From the NCBI RefSeq assembly GCF_009914755.1, contig NC_060939.1: DNA of 64,000 bases; one strand, 5' to 3'. This document shows, piece after piece, positions 19,583 to 31,955 of this stretch (positions within the stretch are counted from its first letter, which is position 1; each line of letters opens with the position of its first letter). Under the pieces are notes generated by a model, which made no database searches, was not told the DNA's origin, and worked only from the letters and a program-made list of their open reading frames with translations. Origin of the DNA: the human T2T-CHM13v2.0 reference genome, Homo sapiens. Made by a program: the position numbers and the translations under genes.

Positions 19583-21366
19583 GACAGGGATCCCCGTCCT
19601 CCATAACCATCCCTACTGTGTCCCTAGTCTCTCTTCCCCACCTCCACCCTCCGCTCCATCTGAGACTGAGGAACAGGAGCGGGCTGGTGACCTTGGGCGG
19701 GGCCTGGCACCTGGAACCTCAATTACCCTGCCTCTCCTCCCTGTAGTCCCACCCCCGAAAGTGTTGGGCCCTGCCCACTGGGATGTGTCCTCCAAGGCCT
19801 TGCCTGAGTCTGGCCCTGCCTCCCTCAGGAGTGTGTGAGCCCCTGAGCCAGGCTAAAGGCCACCTCCAGGGAACTGTGGCAGAGGCAGGAGCCTGGAGAA
19901 GAGGAGGGGGAGAGGAGGCCCATGGGCAGATGCTGGGCCCCCAGACCTCTGAGAGGGGCCTGAGCCAGTGCTCACACCTGGGTCTGAGAGTCCCCTGTAG
20001 GACTCCATGTGGGGCCAGATGACAGGATATGACAACATGGTATAAGTCAGGTGCCAGACCCTGAGTCTGCAGAGGCCCAGACAGGACCAGGGGCTTGCTC
20101 AAGACACCACAGAAGGTCCAGCTGCACCAGGGGAAGGGAAGCCTCGTGTCCCTGGATGGCAGGGGAGGAGGGATTGTCTAGGGCAGGGATGGAGCTTGGA
20201 GGAGGGCTAGAACTCTGAGAAGGAGGATCAGAGGGGCTTCCTGGAGGAGGAAGACACAGGAGGGGTCCCCAAGGTAGGGGTGTTCAGACAGGCTTAGAAG
20301 AGGAGGGCCACGAGCAGGACAGGTTCAGGCGAGGCAGGAGGTGGCCAGAGTCAGACCTCCTGATGGGGGTGTGTGGGGGACTTTGGACCAGAGCCTGTGA
20401 AGGCCCCATTGAGTGGAGAGTCCACTACTGGACCTACTCCTCCACCCAGGACAGAACCGAAACTGGTGCCAGCCTCAGCCTGGCAGGAAATTCCTGTTAT
20501 CCTAACAGTCGGGGGAGGTTGGTCTGGGCCCCCTCCCCCCACCTCAGACTGGGGCCTGCAAGTCAGGGTTCTGTTTCACCACGGTCATCCCAGGGCAGGA
20601 CTGTGGCCCTCCATAGCCCCACCCCACCCTGGGCCCCAGCAAGCAGCCCTGAACCAGATTTCCCCAGGTTCCAGCCTCCGCCAGCACAGAGCGGGCTATT
20701 CGTAGAGGGCTCTCTGCAGCAGCGGGTTGGCTCAGGGGTGCCAGCGTGGTCGGCAGTGTTCTCAGCTTTTCACTCTTGCAGGGAGTGGTTCTCCCACCCA
20801 GCATGCTCCAGTGAGCAGGGTGACCTGAGCAGCTGTGAATCTCCTCATCAGCTGAGCCCCCAGGTGGTCACAGGAGAGGAGGCTGCAGCAGACCCTCCCT
20901 CTGCCTCCCACAGCCCTGCTGCCCCTGGGCCACTCTGGCCCCCTCGTCATGGGAACCAAGGGTAATGATGGGGTAGCCCAGTGGACCTCATAGCCTAGAC
21001 TGTATCATGTACATGGTGCTTCATGGGAGGTAAGGAACATGCTGGAGCCGGCGAGCCCCACCTGCCTCAGCCCCTCAAAGAAGGACCCCCAGAGGAGGGT
21101 GGGCCAGGCATAAGTCACCATCATAAGGAGGAATTTGTTGAAGAGAGCCCCATACTCCCCTTGAAAGAGATCAGAAACTCCAATGTTTTGGGGGGCTCAG
21201 TGGGCGCCAGGAGGGACACTGTCTGCTTGCAGGTTGGGTGTTTTGCTTGTAAATGGCTCGTGCCATTCTTTGGCTCCACAGAGGGAGAGATGCGCACTGT
21301 GTTGACAGGGCTCCTTGCATTTTAAGAGAACTTTAAAATGCAGAATTTGTGGTGGAATCTCTCAGG

Positions 21367-21681
21367 TTTTTGTTTTTTTGTTTTTTTTTTGTTTTTTTTG
21401 AGGCGGAGTCTTGCTCTGTCGCCCAGGCTGGAGTGCAGTGGTGCCATCTCGGCTTACTGCAAGCTCCCGCCTCCTGGGTTCACACCACTCTCCTGCTTCA
21501 GCCTCCCGAGTAGCTGGGACTACAGGCGCCCGCCACCACACCCGGCTAATTTTTTGTATTTTTAGTAGAGACAGGGTTTCACCATGTTGACAAGGATGGT
21601 CTCGATCTCCTGACCTCATAATCTGCCCGCCTTGGCCTCCCAAAGTGCTGGGATTACAGGCATGAGCCACTACGCCCGGCC
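21367..21681 (-). mobile_element. AluY
   Basis: tgcaagctcc and ggatggtctcgatctcc diagnostics; TSD atctc(t/c)caggtttt. Confidence 0.94.
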
Positions 21682-24600
21682 GGGATCTCCCAGGTTTTAA
21701 ATGTTGACAACCAGGTCAAATTTCAAAAGAATGTATGGTTTAAACAAAACACATCCAGGAACCACACTGCGGGCCAGGAGATGGAAGCAAGGCATCCATG
21801 GTGTGGCCCAATTTTCCAGGGCTTCCTCGGCCCCATATCAGCAGGTGCGCTTATGGGAGCCCCTGCATGCCAGATGGGGGAAGCAAGCCTCAGGACCCCA
21901 GATCCCCAAAGACAAGGCACCACACTTTACGGCCCCTCCAGCATTTTCCAAAGGGTGGTCCAGAGAAACTTGTTCTTGGTGTTATTCATAGACCTTCCTT
22001 ATTTAGAGCCAAAACACTCTGGGAATCTCGGGGTTAAATAAATCAAAACAGACTTCTTTACTCCAGGACCTCTGGGAGCGTTTCACCTGTTACAGTGCCT
22101 TGTGAGTATCCAGGAGGCAGAGGCTGTGCAGCGCTTCCCAAACCAATTCCACATGGAACCCATTTTCAAGATATACCTGTTAATTCCAGAAAGACGCTAC
22201 TGCCCCATAGAATGCAGTTCTAGAAGCGGAGCTCAACACACCACCCACCCATTTCACAGACCCAGCCATCCCAGGGTGGTGGGAGCCCAGGCTGGGGTAG
22301 GGAGGGGCAGAGGAGCTGCCAGACTGTCAGGCGCTGGTCAGGAGCAGGGCTTGTCCTGAGGACAGTGGCAGCACCCAGGAGGAGCAGACTGAAGGAGCCA
22401 GACCCCCTAGGAGGCCCCTGCTGTCATCCAGGGGACAGGGAAGGGGTGGAACCAGGCCTGAGGCAGGGAGGTGGGTGCAGAGTGGATGCCTCCCAGGGAG
22501 ATTTTACAAGTGGAAGGAACAGTCAGAACTTGGTGACTGGAAGCCTGTGTGGAGTGTGGGGGAGGGAGGAGGCGAGGACGAGACCAGGTGAGGGCTAAAT
22601 GGGCAGAGCTCAGATGGAGACTCTGGGACCCAGGGGAGGGGTGCTCAGAGCCCAGGCTGGGGACCGGTTCCCTCCACGTCCCCTGACCCACGGCCCATCT
22701 CAGGGAGCTAGGCTCAAGCAAACTTCAGCCACCTGGAGTTCCCATGGCGACCACGGGAGAGGAGCCCCAGAAGACCTGGGCAAGCAGGAGGAGGAGAAGT
22801 GGGTCAGGGCACTGGGTGCTCAAAACCCGACCATCCCTCCCTCAGGATCCAGCAGTGGACCAGGGGGTGGCCAGGAGAGAGGCAGGGCCCTCCTGCTCCT
22901 GCTGCAAGCTCCTGTGCCCCGAGTCAGGCCGGAGGGGGACCCAGGTTCCTGCTGCTGTAGTGCCCCAGTGCCGCCCGGGCCCAGGCCTGGCTCCTTTCTG
23001 CCTCCAGCCGTCCTTCTCCCTCCCTCTGAGAGGAGAGGCGGGGGCGATTCCCATGATTGTCTCTCCCGTTGCCCCCACAGCCACCAGGCTAATTTTAGCC
23101 CTGCCATCAGGCTGCAGCCGGGGGCGTTGGGTTGGAGAGAGCTGTGTGTCTGTCCAGTTCTGAACACAGGCCCTGGGGGCCCAACAGGAGGCCCAGATGG
23201 GTGGCCCTACCCAGACAAATGGCTCAGCCAAACAGGCCCTCCCGACACCCCATGCCACCCTGCCTCCCTGTGGGCCTTCTTCCTCCCACGGGGACCCCTC
23301 TGGGGCCTCCCGCTGCCTGCCAAGCAACAGCCACACCCTGTTCACTCTTTGGTTAATCCCCACTGCTCTAGGTGTTCTCACTAACCAAGTTAGGCTGGTG
23401 GTTAGTCGTCAGCTCCTCCCGCCCTGCTGCCGAGCTGGGCCTTTGTTCCCGTGGTTCTATCTATTCTCCCCAGGGTGTTTCCAGCAACCTTGGAACCAAC
23501 CACACATTAAAATCCCACCTTGTGTTACACGTCAAATATCCCCGCTCCGTGAAGCATCCCCAACTCCTCAGCCAGAGCTGAGTTCTCCCTTCCCTGAGCA
23601 CCTCGTGCTCCTTACAGCCTGGTATTCGGGCATCTGAGGACTCTCTGACTCCCACATGAGACCCTCATCTCCTCGAGAACAGGGTCTGAGTCCTGTTCAT
23701 CTAGTTGCCCCATAAGCCCAGCCTGGTGCTGGGCATACAGCAGGCATTGCTGCAGCCTGGGCGGGTGGTTGGAGCTGGGGTGAGGGTCGCCTCTGGGCGA
23801 GGCTGCTGATGCCATCTCAGTCACTAGTTTGCCCTGTGGTTGAGGTCCCTGCCCGCTTCCCACCCTGATCTAAGGAAGACTGCCTCACCTCCAGGCCCCC
23901 ATGGCTCCTGGCTGCCCTGCAGAAAGCAATGAGTGTCTGACCCCAGAGGCCAAGCCTGGGACATGCAGAACCTCTGGCCTGATCATAAACGACTCAGGCC
24001 AGACTGTCACCTTAGTAACTTGAACCAGGACCTCCCAAGCGATGTAGTTCATTCATGCAGAGGCAGAACCCAGATCACGCCTCTAGAGCAGCTGAATGCA
24101 GGTCAGGGCCACATGGGGGGACCCCGAGTTATGGGGGAGCAGAACCCCAAGGAAGATGAAGAAGCCCATGAGAAGGGAGGAGAGAGCAGAGGAGACCCTG
24201 GGGCGCAGCCAGTGGGGAGAAGCCCCTGTTACCACTGCAGCCAGACGCCTGGCTGCACACACATGACCCAGAGAACAGATTCGGTGAAGACCATTCCATT
24301 TAACTGGCAAAGTGGGATCATTCCCGCAGAGTGGAAAAGAGCTTTTCCTGCCACCCGGAGCCAAGATGTGGCCCCCTCCAGGAAGAACTGAGGAACAAGG
24401 GCTTTAGAGCCATTTTGAGGAGCATCCCGGGAGTTCCAGGACGGCCAGGCTGCCGAGGTGATGGGGGAAGGGCTGAGAGGAGGAGGCAAATCCAGAGGTG
24501 CCCTGAGCTGGAGCCCACAGCCTGCACTCGCTGCTGTGCTCCTGGAAATGCCACTGAGCTGATGCTGGAACCGCTGAGAGGCACGTGTCATGCAGGTACT

Positions 24601-25604
24601 GGAGCCTGCCAGCACCTCCTCGTGGAAGAACTGAACGAGAAGCAGCACGCAAGGGGGTGTGGAGAATGTGCCCCGCAGACGTCTATCCTGCTGCCCAGAC
24701 AGCACAGAAGGGCCAGTGTGGGGCCCAGAACCAACAGCAAAGTCACCTGGGGGAGACCCAGAGAATCCACTGTGGCCTGTGCCCTCGCACCCAACTCGAG
24801 GACTAGGACAGACAGGAGAGCCTGGCGGTGGGGTAGCGGGGGCTAGGGGCTGCACTACCTCTCACTTTCTGCAGCCACAGGAGAGCGGCCAGCCAAGGCT
24901 GCGGCTGACCAGGCAGTTGGCCTGTGGCTGTCCATCCAGGCACCTGGATGCCCTGACCTGTGGGTGTTTCTGGCAGGACAGGCCTGGAGGGCAGGGCCCG
25001 GGCAGGCATCACTCACTGTGAGGACTCTGCCTCAGAGAACCCCTGTTGACAGTGGGGGAGGGAAACATGAGAGAGGCAGGCAAGGAATAGGAGGCACGGT
25101 TCTGCTACCCCCACCTCAGCCTCAGCCCTCCCTCCATGGAGCCCCACCTGCCCCCATCAATGCTACCTGACTCCACCCCCACCCCTGCTCTGTGCAGGGC
25201 CCCGGGGCCACTCAGCCTGGAGTGTTCATGATTCACTGCCTGCATCCCACACAAACAGATTCCACCGCTCGGCCCAGGCAGCAGGTGGCTGTCCAGGCCC
25301 TGCCTCCCAGTGCAGGCTCCTGTTCAGGGCAGGGAAGCCCAGCCTCCATTTCCTGGGAAGAGGAGACTCGGGGACCCTGGAAGGGAGAACGCTCCACACC
25401 CCCCAGTAGAGGCTGGTGGCTTTCTGCTGTGGGAAGGTGGGTGCCCTGAACACAGGGTCCCAACCCAAAGAGAAAGATGCCCCTCAGCATGTGAAGGTGG
25501 CAGGAACCAGGGTGCTCAAGTCTGAGCTCCAGCTCTAGGAGGAGAGGCAGGGAGTTGCCTTGGGGCCTCCATTTGTGTACCCGTTGAGAATGAGCACATT
25601 CCTT

Positions 25605-25877
25605 AGATGGTGGAAGGGTCTGGATAAGCCAGCATGGGGCAAGACCCATGTCCTCTCTGGAGGATGTCAGAGAGAGAGCTGCCTGCCAGTGGGCCGTGAC
25701 CTCCACCCCGGGTCCTGCTGCTTCCCTTCCAGGCTGAGGGCTTTGGGTGTGCTGGGCTGCGGCCAGACTCTTGGAGGCCACCATTGGCCATGTGCCTCTC
25801 CTCTCTGGCTTCTGGCCTGCTCCAGAGTGGACCCGGGTCTTGCCCCATGCTGGCTTATCCAGACCCTTCTACCATCT
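25605..25877. repeat. Long inverted repeat: 43-bp arms (42/43 identical) around a 187-nt partly self-complementary spacer
   Basis: 25605-25647 agatggtggaagggtctggataagccagcatggggcaagaccc is the reverse complement of 25835-25877 except for one base. The peptide LAPCWLIQTL appears in both + and - ORFs. Confidence 0.97.
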
Positions 25878-27619
25878 GTTTCCCTTGAGTGAGTTTCTAA
25901 GGGCAGGACCTAGGGTGTCATCTCTGCTTCGCAGCTCAGAAGCACCCATGGGCAGGATTGGAACGCCTCTGATTTTATCCAAGTGCACCAGGGCTGGGCA
26001 CACACCAGGCCTGACACAGATGTGGTTCCATCCCTCCCAAGCAAGGAGATGCTGGAGGAGGAGAAGGCAGGAGAGGCCCCAAAGGCCTAGGACGGAGCAG
26101 GCCTAGGAATGATACCCCCTGCCTTGCCCCACCTCACCCCAGCCGGCAGATCCCAAGGAGCCACTTCTCCAGGAGAAGGGATCCAGGTGGCCACTGGCGG
26201 TCATAAAGCCATCTGGAAAAGCCTCTTGATGGTCAAGCACAAGTGCCCAAGCCCCCGCAGGTAGCAGAGCCAGTAAATTACGGCTGAGGGCTGCACACCC
26301 TCCCCTCTGTATTTATATCTGCCTTGGTGCCTAAAAATGGATATTTATGCATTTTCAATATTCAGGGCAAACGCTCCATCGCTCCATGCTCATGGCTGCA
26401 GCACATGACACCAGCCCCACAACAACTTTCCTTTCACCTGGTTTGCCCACTCAGGGCCCTGGAAGGGAGCCCCCCACCCCCTTCTGCAGGCCTGCATGAC
26501 TCAGGGGGGAGTAGAGGGAAGAAAGGGACCGGGCCAGCCTCCTTGTGGAGCCTCAGGGCCCTCTCGGAGACAGGGCCGGTCCCCCTGCTTTATAGACCAG
26601 CAACCGAGGCTCAGAGAGGTGGGGTGCCTGGGCGGGGTCACACAGCATCCTCTCTAGGCCAGGGTCATGCCCCAGGCCCTAAGGTGACTCCCTCCTGACC
26701 AGGGAGAGTTGCAGAGCCCGGCTGCCTTTCCGGACCCTCAGACCTTTTTTGTTTCTCTGGTTCTCTCTAGCGTCTTCTCTGTGTGTCTCTGGGTCTGACT
26801 CTCACCATCCCGGCCCCTCTCACATCTTTCTCCATCTCTTGCTTAGTGTCTCCCCATCTCTCTCACTGCCCCCCATCTCCCTATTTCACTCCCACCCCGC
26901 CCCACCTCCCCTCTCTCCTGACTCACATCCTCCCTCCCCCTCAGAGCCCCTGTCCTTGTCCACCTCCATCTCCCTGACTCTGTCTCATTGCTGAGGTCAG
27001 GGCAGGGGTGGGAGGAGCTGTCCTGGTGCCCAGCAGGGGCCTCCCTGGGCAGCTGTGTCGCCCCCACCCCGGACCTGTGATAGGAGAGTCCCCAAGGCCC
27101 TAAGCCAATGCAGGCACAGAGCAGAAGTGGGACTGAGCGTGGTTTGGGGTTGGGGGGCAGGTTTCCACTCGGTGGGAGCAGGTGAAAGCTGTGCATGCCC
27201 TGTCCCCAGAGCTGTGTGGAGGGGGCACTGCGGGTGGACTTCTGTGCCAGCCCCACCACTTGACCTTGAACGTCCCGTCTGGTTCTGGGATTGGGGCTGA
27301 GTGATGAGGTCCCTGGGCCTGCCCTAAGCTGAAAAGGTTAATGCCCCTGGGCCCAGGGTCCCTCAGCCTCCTCACTGCCCACACCAGCTCCTTCACCTTC
27401 ACCCTCCTGCTGCCCCTCTCCCCTCTCCTTTCCTCTCCTCTCTCTCTCATTTCATTCTTCTCTTCCTCCTTCCCTCTTTTTCTCCCTCTGCTGGGAATGA
27501 GAAGAATTAATTAAATGTGTCCTCAACTCCAGTCTCCTCACTTCCTCCAGGGAATTAGCCACTCCCTGCTCCTTGGGCCTTGTTAGATTCCAAGAAAAAA
27601 ATAACTGGTGTGTGCTCTG

Positions 27620-28075
27620 CATGCATGTACGTGTGCACGTGGGCCTCCCTGCACACACAGTGGTACGCCCCGGGCTGGTCTGCAGGTTTGTCAACACGTA
27701 CTCATGTGTGTACAATTCCATGCACACTCCGGAGTCTGGAGACAGGACTGTATGTTTGTGTGAATACACGCGTGCATCTCCTGGGGTGCACGTGCACCTA
27801 TGTTCCATATGGGTCTCTATACGTGTGCACTGTGGGGCTTCACACTGAAACCCACCCCTGTGTGTACACGTCTCTGTTGGATCCGTGTGCTTGCACCGTG
27901 TGTCTGGGGAGTTGCGCGTTACCGTGCAAGTCTCTGTGTTGTGTGTGTGTGCGCTAGACCTATGTGCACACCTCTATTAATGCAGTATGTGTGTACATGC
28001 ATATGAGCATATCTGTGTGCCGGCGTCTGTGTGTCTGTGTGTGCAACATACACGCACCCTTGCCACCCTGCACAC
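27620..28075. repeat. Degenerate (TG)n-rich low-complexity tract
   Basis: Dense gtgt/tgca/cacg motifs. Confidence 0.6.
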
Positions 28076-29918
28076 ATCTCCTTCCTGGCTCCCTTGAGCT
28101 AGCAGCCTTGTCCCCAACAGGAGGCCCATCGTGCCGCATCTCTGGAGTGATGGCAGTGGTGGCAGTGGCAGTGTGGGTATCAGGAGCCTGCAGGTGGGAA
28201 GGTGGAGGTGGCGCAGGGGAAGGTGCTTGCTAATGAGGCCATCTTCCTTGCCAGCCTGAGAGTCGTTGCCACTAATGATCTCTTCAGTAAGCAGCTCCCT
28301 GGGGAAGGGTTGCTGCCAGAGCCCTGCTCTCTCCCTCCCCTGGGACTCTCCTTTCCCCACTTCCCCGAATCCCGAGGCGCTGCAAGAGCCATGAGCACCA
28401 GGATAAAGCACAGACAGAGCCAGGGGCCAGTGCCTGGTCCCACCAGGACCCAGGAGACTGTTCGCCTGCCCGTCAGCCTGCCACCAGGAAGCCCACCTTG
28501 TGATGAACCCTCTGTGTTAGGGCACAGTCTCCAAAAGGCCTCTGCAAGTCCACATATGCTTCTGGAGGAAGGGGCCCTGCACACCACAGACAGGGAGTGT
28601 GCTTCTGTAAAAGGAGCACTCAGCTGGGAGTCAGGCAGGCTGGCCACTAATCCCAGCGCTGTGTGACCTCGGGCAGGCCCTGCACCTCTCTGGACCTTGG
28701 TTTCCTTGTCTGTAAAATGGGGGAAGGCTAGAATGGCTGGTAAATGCTCAGCTCTGTGAGCCATCTGAACCTGCTTTGTTTCACCAATAAGGAATCACCC
28801 ATAATGCGGGGAGAATAGAGCCACTCTAAACCTAAAGCAGGATTAGATGGTACATGGAGCTGAGCATTTGCTATTTTAACTTTGTGTTTACTTTCATGGA
28901 TATATTTCATGTGTATATTTTCACATATATGTGTATATGTATGTGTCTGAGCGTGTATGTGCACATGTGTATGTGTACATGTGTGCGGGTATTTGACTAG
29001 TACATCAGACCCTGATTTCACAAATATGGCTAAAGACGAGGCTAAAACACACACTTAAATTTTAAAAGTAAGCTGATTTTTAAAAAACGCTAAGTAAAGA
29101 AGAGTTCCAGTGGCATCTGAGTGTAGCAAAAGTCCTGATGAAACATGACAAATGGCTGCAGCCCTGGCCTGAGTGGCCCTGTCCCCTTCCTGCCTAAGGG
29201 ACAGTGGATTCGGGGCCCCGGCCTCCCTGGAATAAGAGATACACAGACTGGGCTCTGATCTCCCACCATGTCCTCACAGCCCCAAGACAGAATGCCATGC
29301 GGATTGGCAGGAGACCTCGCTGTGGGGTTGGTGGAGCCAACCCTCCAGGCCACAGGCCCCATGAGATCTCTGAGGCCACAGAGCGTGTCCACACGTGTGA
29401 CCTCCAGGGTGATGCGGGCCAGGGCACACGAATGGCCCAGGCAGAGGTGGTCTGGGCAGAGGTGGCTCAGGCTGGGCCTGAGGCATCCTGGGGACTCAGC
29501 ATCACATCTCCTCAGAGGGGCCATCTGAGACTGCTGGGCCCGTGAAGAGGCTTCTCCCCAGTACCCACCTGTCCAGGGGAGAACAGCCAGCCCCACAGCC
29601 CCAAATGTCTCTGTCCTCCAAGAGGCCGGATGTGAATCACAGGAATTTACAGCCTGGCCTGGCATGGGATTTACGAGTCTGCCTCCAGCCGGGGCTGGCG
29701 GGGAGTGGCTGCTGTCAGCCCCCCATTGCCGTGATGGATGAGGCTGTTTCCTGCAAGACAAACTCCCCTCTGTGGCAGGCAGTGGAGGGAGAAACATCCA
29801 GGCCCTAGGGCCAGCCCCATACCTGTCCCAAAGCCAGATTGCTCATGCCCTCCCTTGGATCTGCCCAAGATGGGACATACCACACTCAGAGCCAGAATGG
29901 ATCTCTGAGGTAACCCAG

Positions 29919-29955
<37 letters not shown>

Positions 29956-29998
29956 GCATATATACACACACGTGCATGCATGCACATACACAGTACAC
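29919..29998. repeat. (CA)n microsatellite
   Basis: About 16 perfect CA units followed by degenerate units. Confidence 0.95.
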
Positions 29999-31907
29999 AG
30001 ATGAGGAACCAGGGTCCAGAGAGGAATGGGCCTTGCCCGAAGTCACCCAGCAGCACAGTGGTGAAGCTGAGACCCCAGCCCACAAGCCCCCTGGACTGGT
30101 CATTTCAGTGTCCGGTCACAGTGGACTGTCATATGGCCACGGGGGTAGTTTTCACCTCCAAACACGGGCATCTCTCCAGAGAACAGACAGTCCTGGGTTT
30201 GAGTCCCTGCCCCACCACTCTGTGTGTAAAGGTCATAACCTCTCTGTGCCCATTTCCTCACCTGAAAAATGGGGCTCAAAATAACCCCAACTTACCAAGG
30301 TTCTTACGAGGTTCAAGTGAGAGGATGCAGGTAGAGCCGCAGGACAGAGTGGGCCCCTGGCACATGCTCCCTGAGTGGTGACAATGGTTCTCCACCATCT
30401 CTCGTGTCTCAAGGGGCCCTGCTGCCTGATTTGCTGCGGGCAGGAGGACAGTCATGGTTGGGTGGAGGAGGAGGAGCAAGGAGAGTTCGAGTGTGGGACT
30501 GCAGGGCAGGAGTGAGGCCACTTCCTACTGGAGGAGACCCTGGAAGTCTCCCTGGAGGTGGTGGCGTCAAGCAGAGGATGTAGAACTCTGTTTCTCTTGC
30601 TCTGAAGCTGACTGGAGGCTTCTTGAGTGCCACAGGGACAGAGGGAAGCACCCTACACTGCACTGAAAGCCCAGCCCAAGCTTCTGCCCTGGATGACCTG
30701 AGGAGGAGTCCCTCCTTTCTCTGGGCATCCGCGAAATGGGGCCAGGGAGGACCAGACAACACGCAAAGGCGCCTTTCTGCTCTGGCCCTTGTGCAAGCTG
30801 AAGAAGGCTGTCCAGACTCACCCTCTGCAGTACCCAATTATTGCCACTGGGCGGAAGCAGGGAGTAAATCTGCGGTCCGGCCTCCTTTCCCTGCCGGCCA
30901 GTCCTTCCCTGCGCACCTGGTGATCTTTGCTCCTCCACCCGCCAGCCAGCTCGGCGGAGAGCCAGAGCTGAGGGTCCTTCACATCCAGACATCTGATGCT
31001 CCCCACAGCCCTGCAGAGAACCAGCATGGTGGCTGCATTTCAGATGGGGAAACTGATGGCCAAGAGGTGAGGACTTGCTCAAGGTCACGCAAGAGCCAAG
31101 TGTGCCCACAGCAGAGGCGGTGTGAAAGGAGACTGCGGTCACACAGACCTGGCTGGGATCCTGGTCCCCTCACCTCCGGCTGTGTGTCATCGGGCAGGTC
31201 ACCCACCCTCTCTGAGCCTCAATTGATATAAGTGCTGAACACATGAAGCCACCACTTTGTTTCCAATAGAGTTTATGCCCCAAGAGTGCAAAGTCATGTC
31301 TGTCACTCACCTCAGCACCCCCAGAGCCTGGCACAGGGTGGGATTCAGAGAATAGCGCCTGCCTCCCGGGGCCTGCCTGGCACTCAGCAGATGCTGTGTC
31401 TCCTCAAAACCCCCAACAGCCCTGGATCAGCGTCGCCTTGTTCCCCTCCCATCAGTCCTTCCTGCAGGACACCGACCCACCCGGCCTTGAGGGGGGCTCC
31501 TGCTCACCTCCCCACCCCATCCCTCTCGTCCCCCTTTCTCTGTTCTGGCCTCTCCCTTGTGTCCCTCTCTCCTGCCGAGCCCCCACTTGGCTCTACGCTG
31601 TTTACAAGACAACGATGACAGTTTTTCTTTCTCTCTTTTGTCTCCCTTCCTCCCCTGAAGGGAAACGTGCTTCCAATCTTCCAGGAAAAAATGAAGGCTC
31701 CGGATGAGAAAAAGCAAACAAAGGACAGTGGGACCGTGGGTGTCCCCACCCCCGCCACCTGCAGGCCCCACATGCAAACCAGCGCCCGTGCCCACGCCCG
31801 TGCAGCCATCCTCCGCCAGGCCCCAAGAACGGCTCTGTTATTTTTGGGGTAATTGAAAATGTCGATCTTTATTCTAGAGGATAAGCAGGTCACAGGGACA
31901 CAGGGAG

Positions 31908-31908
<1 letters not shown>

Positions 31909-31948
<40 letters not shown>
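31909..31948. repeat. (GA)n microsatellite
   Basis: About 19 perfect AG units. Confidence 0.97.
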
Positions 31949-31955
<7 letters not shown>

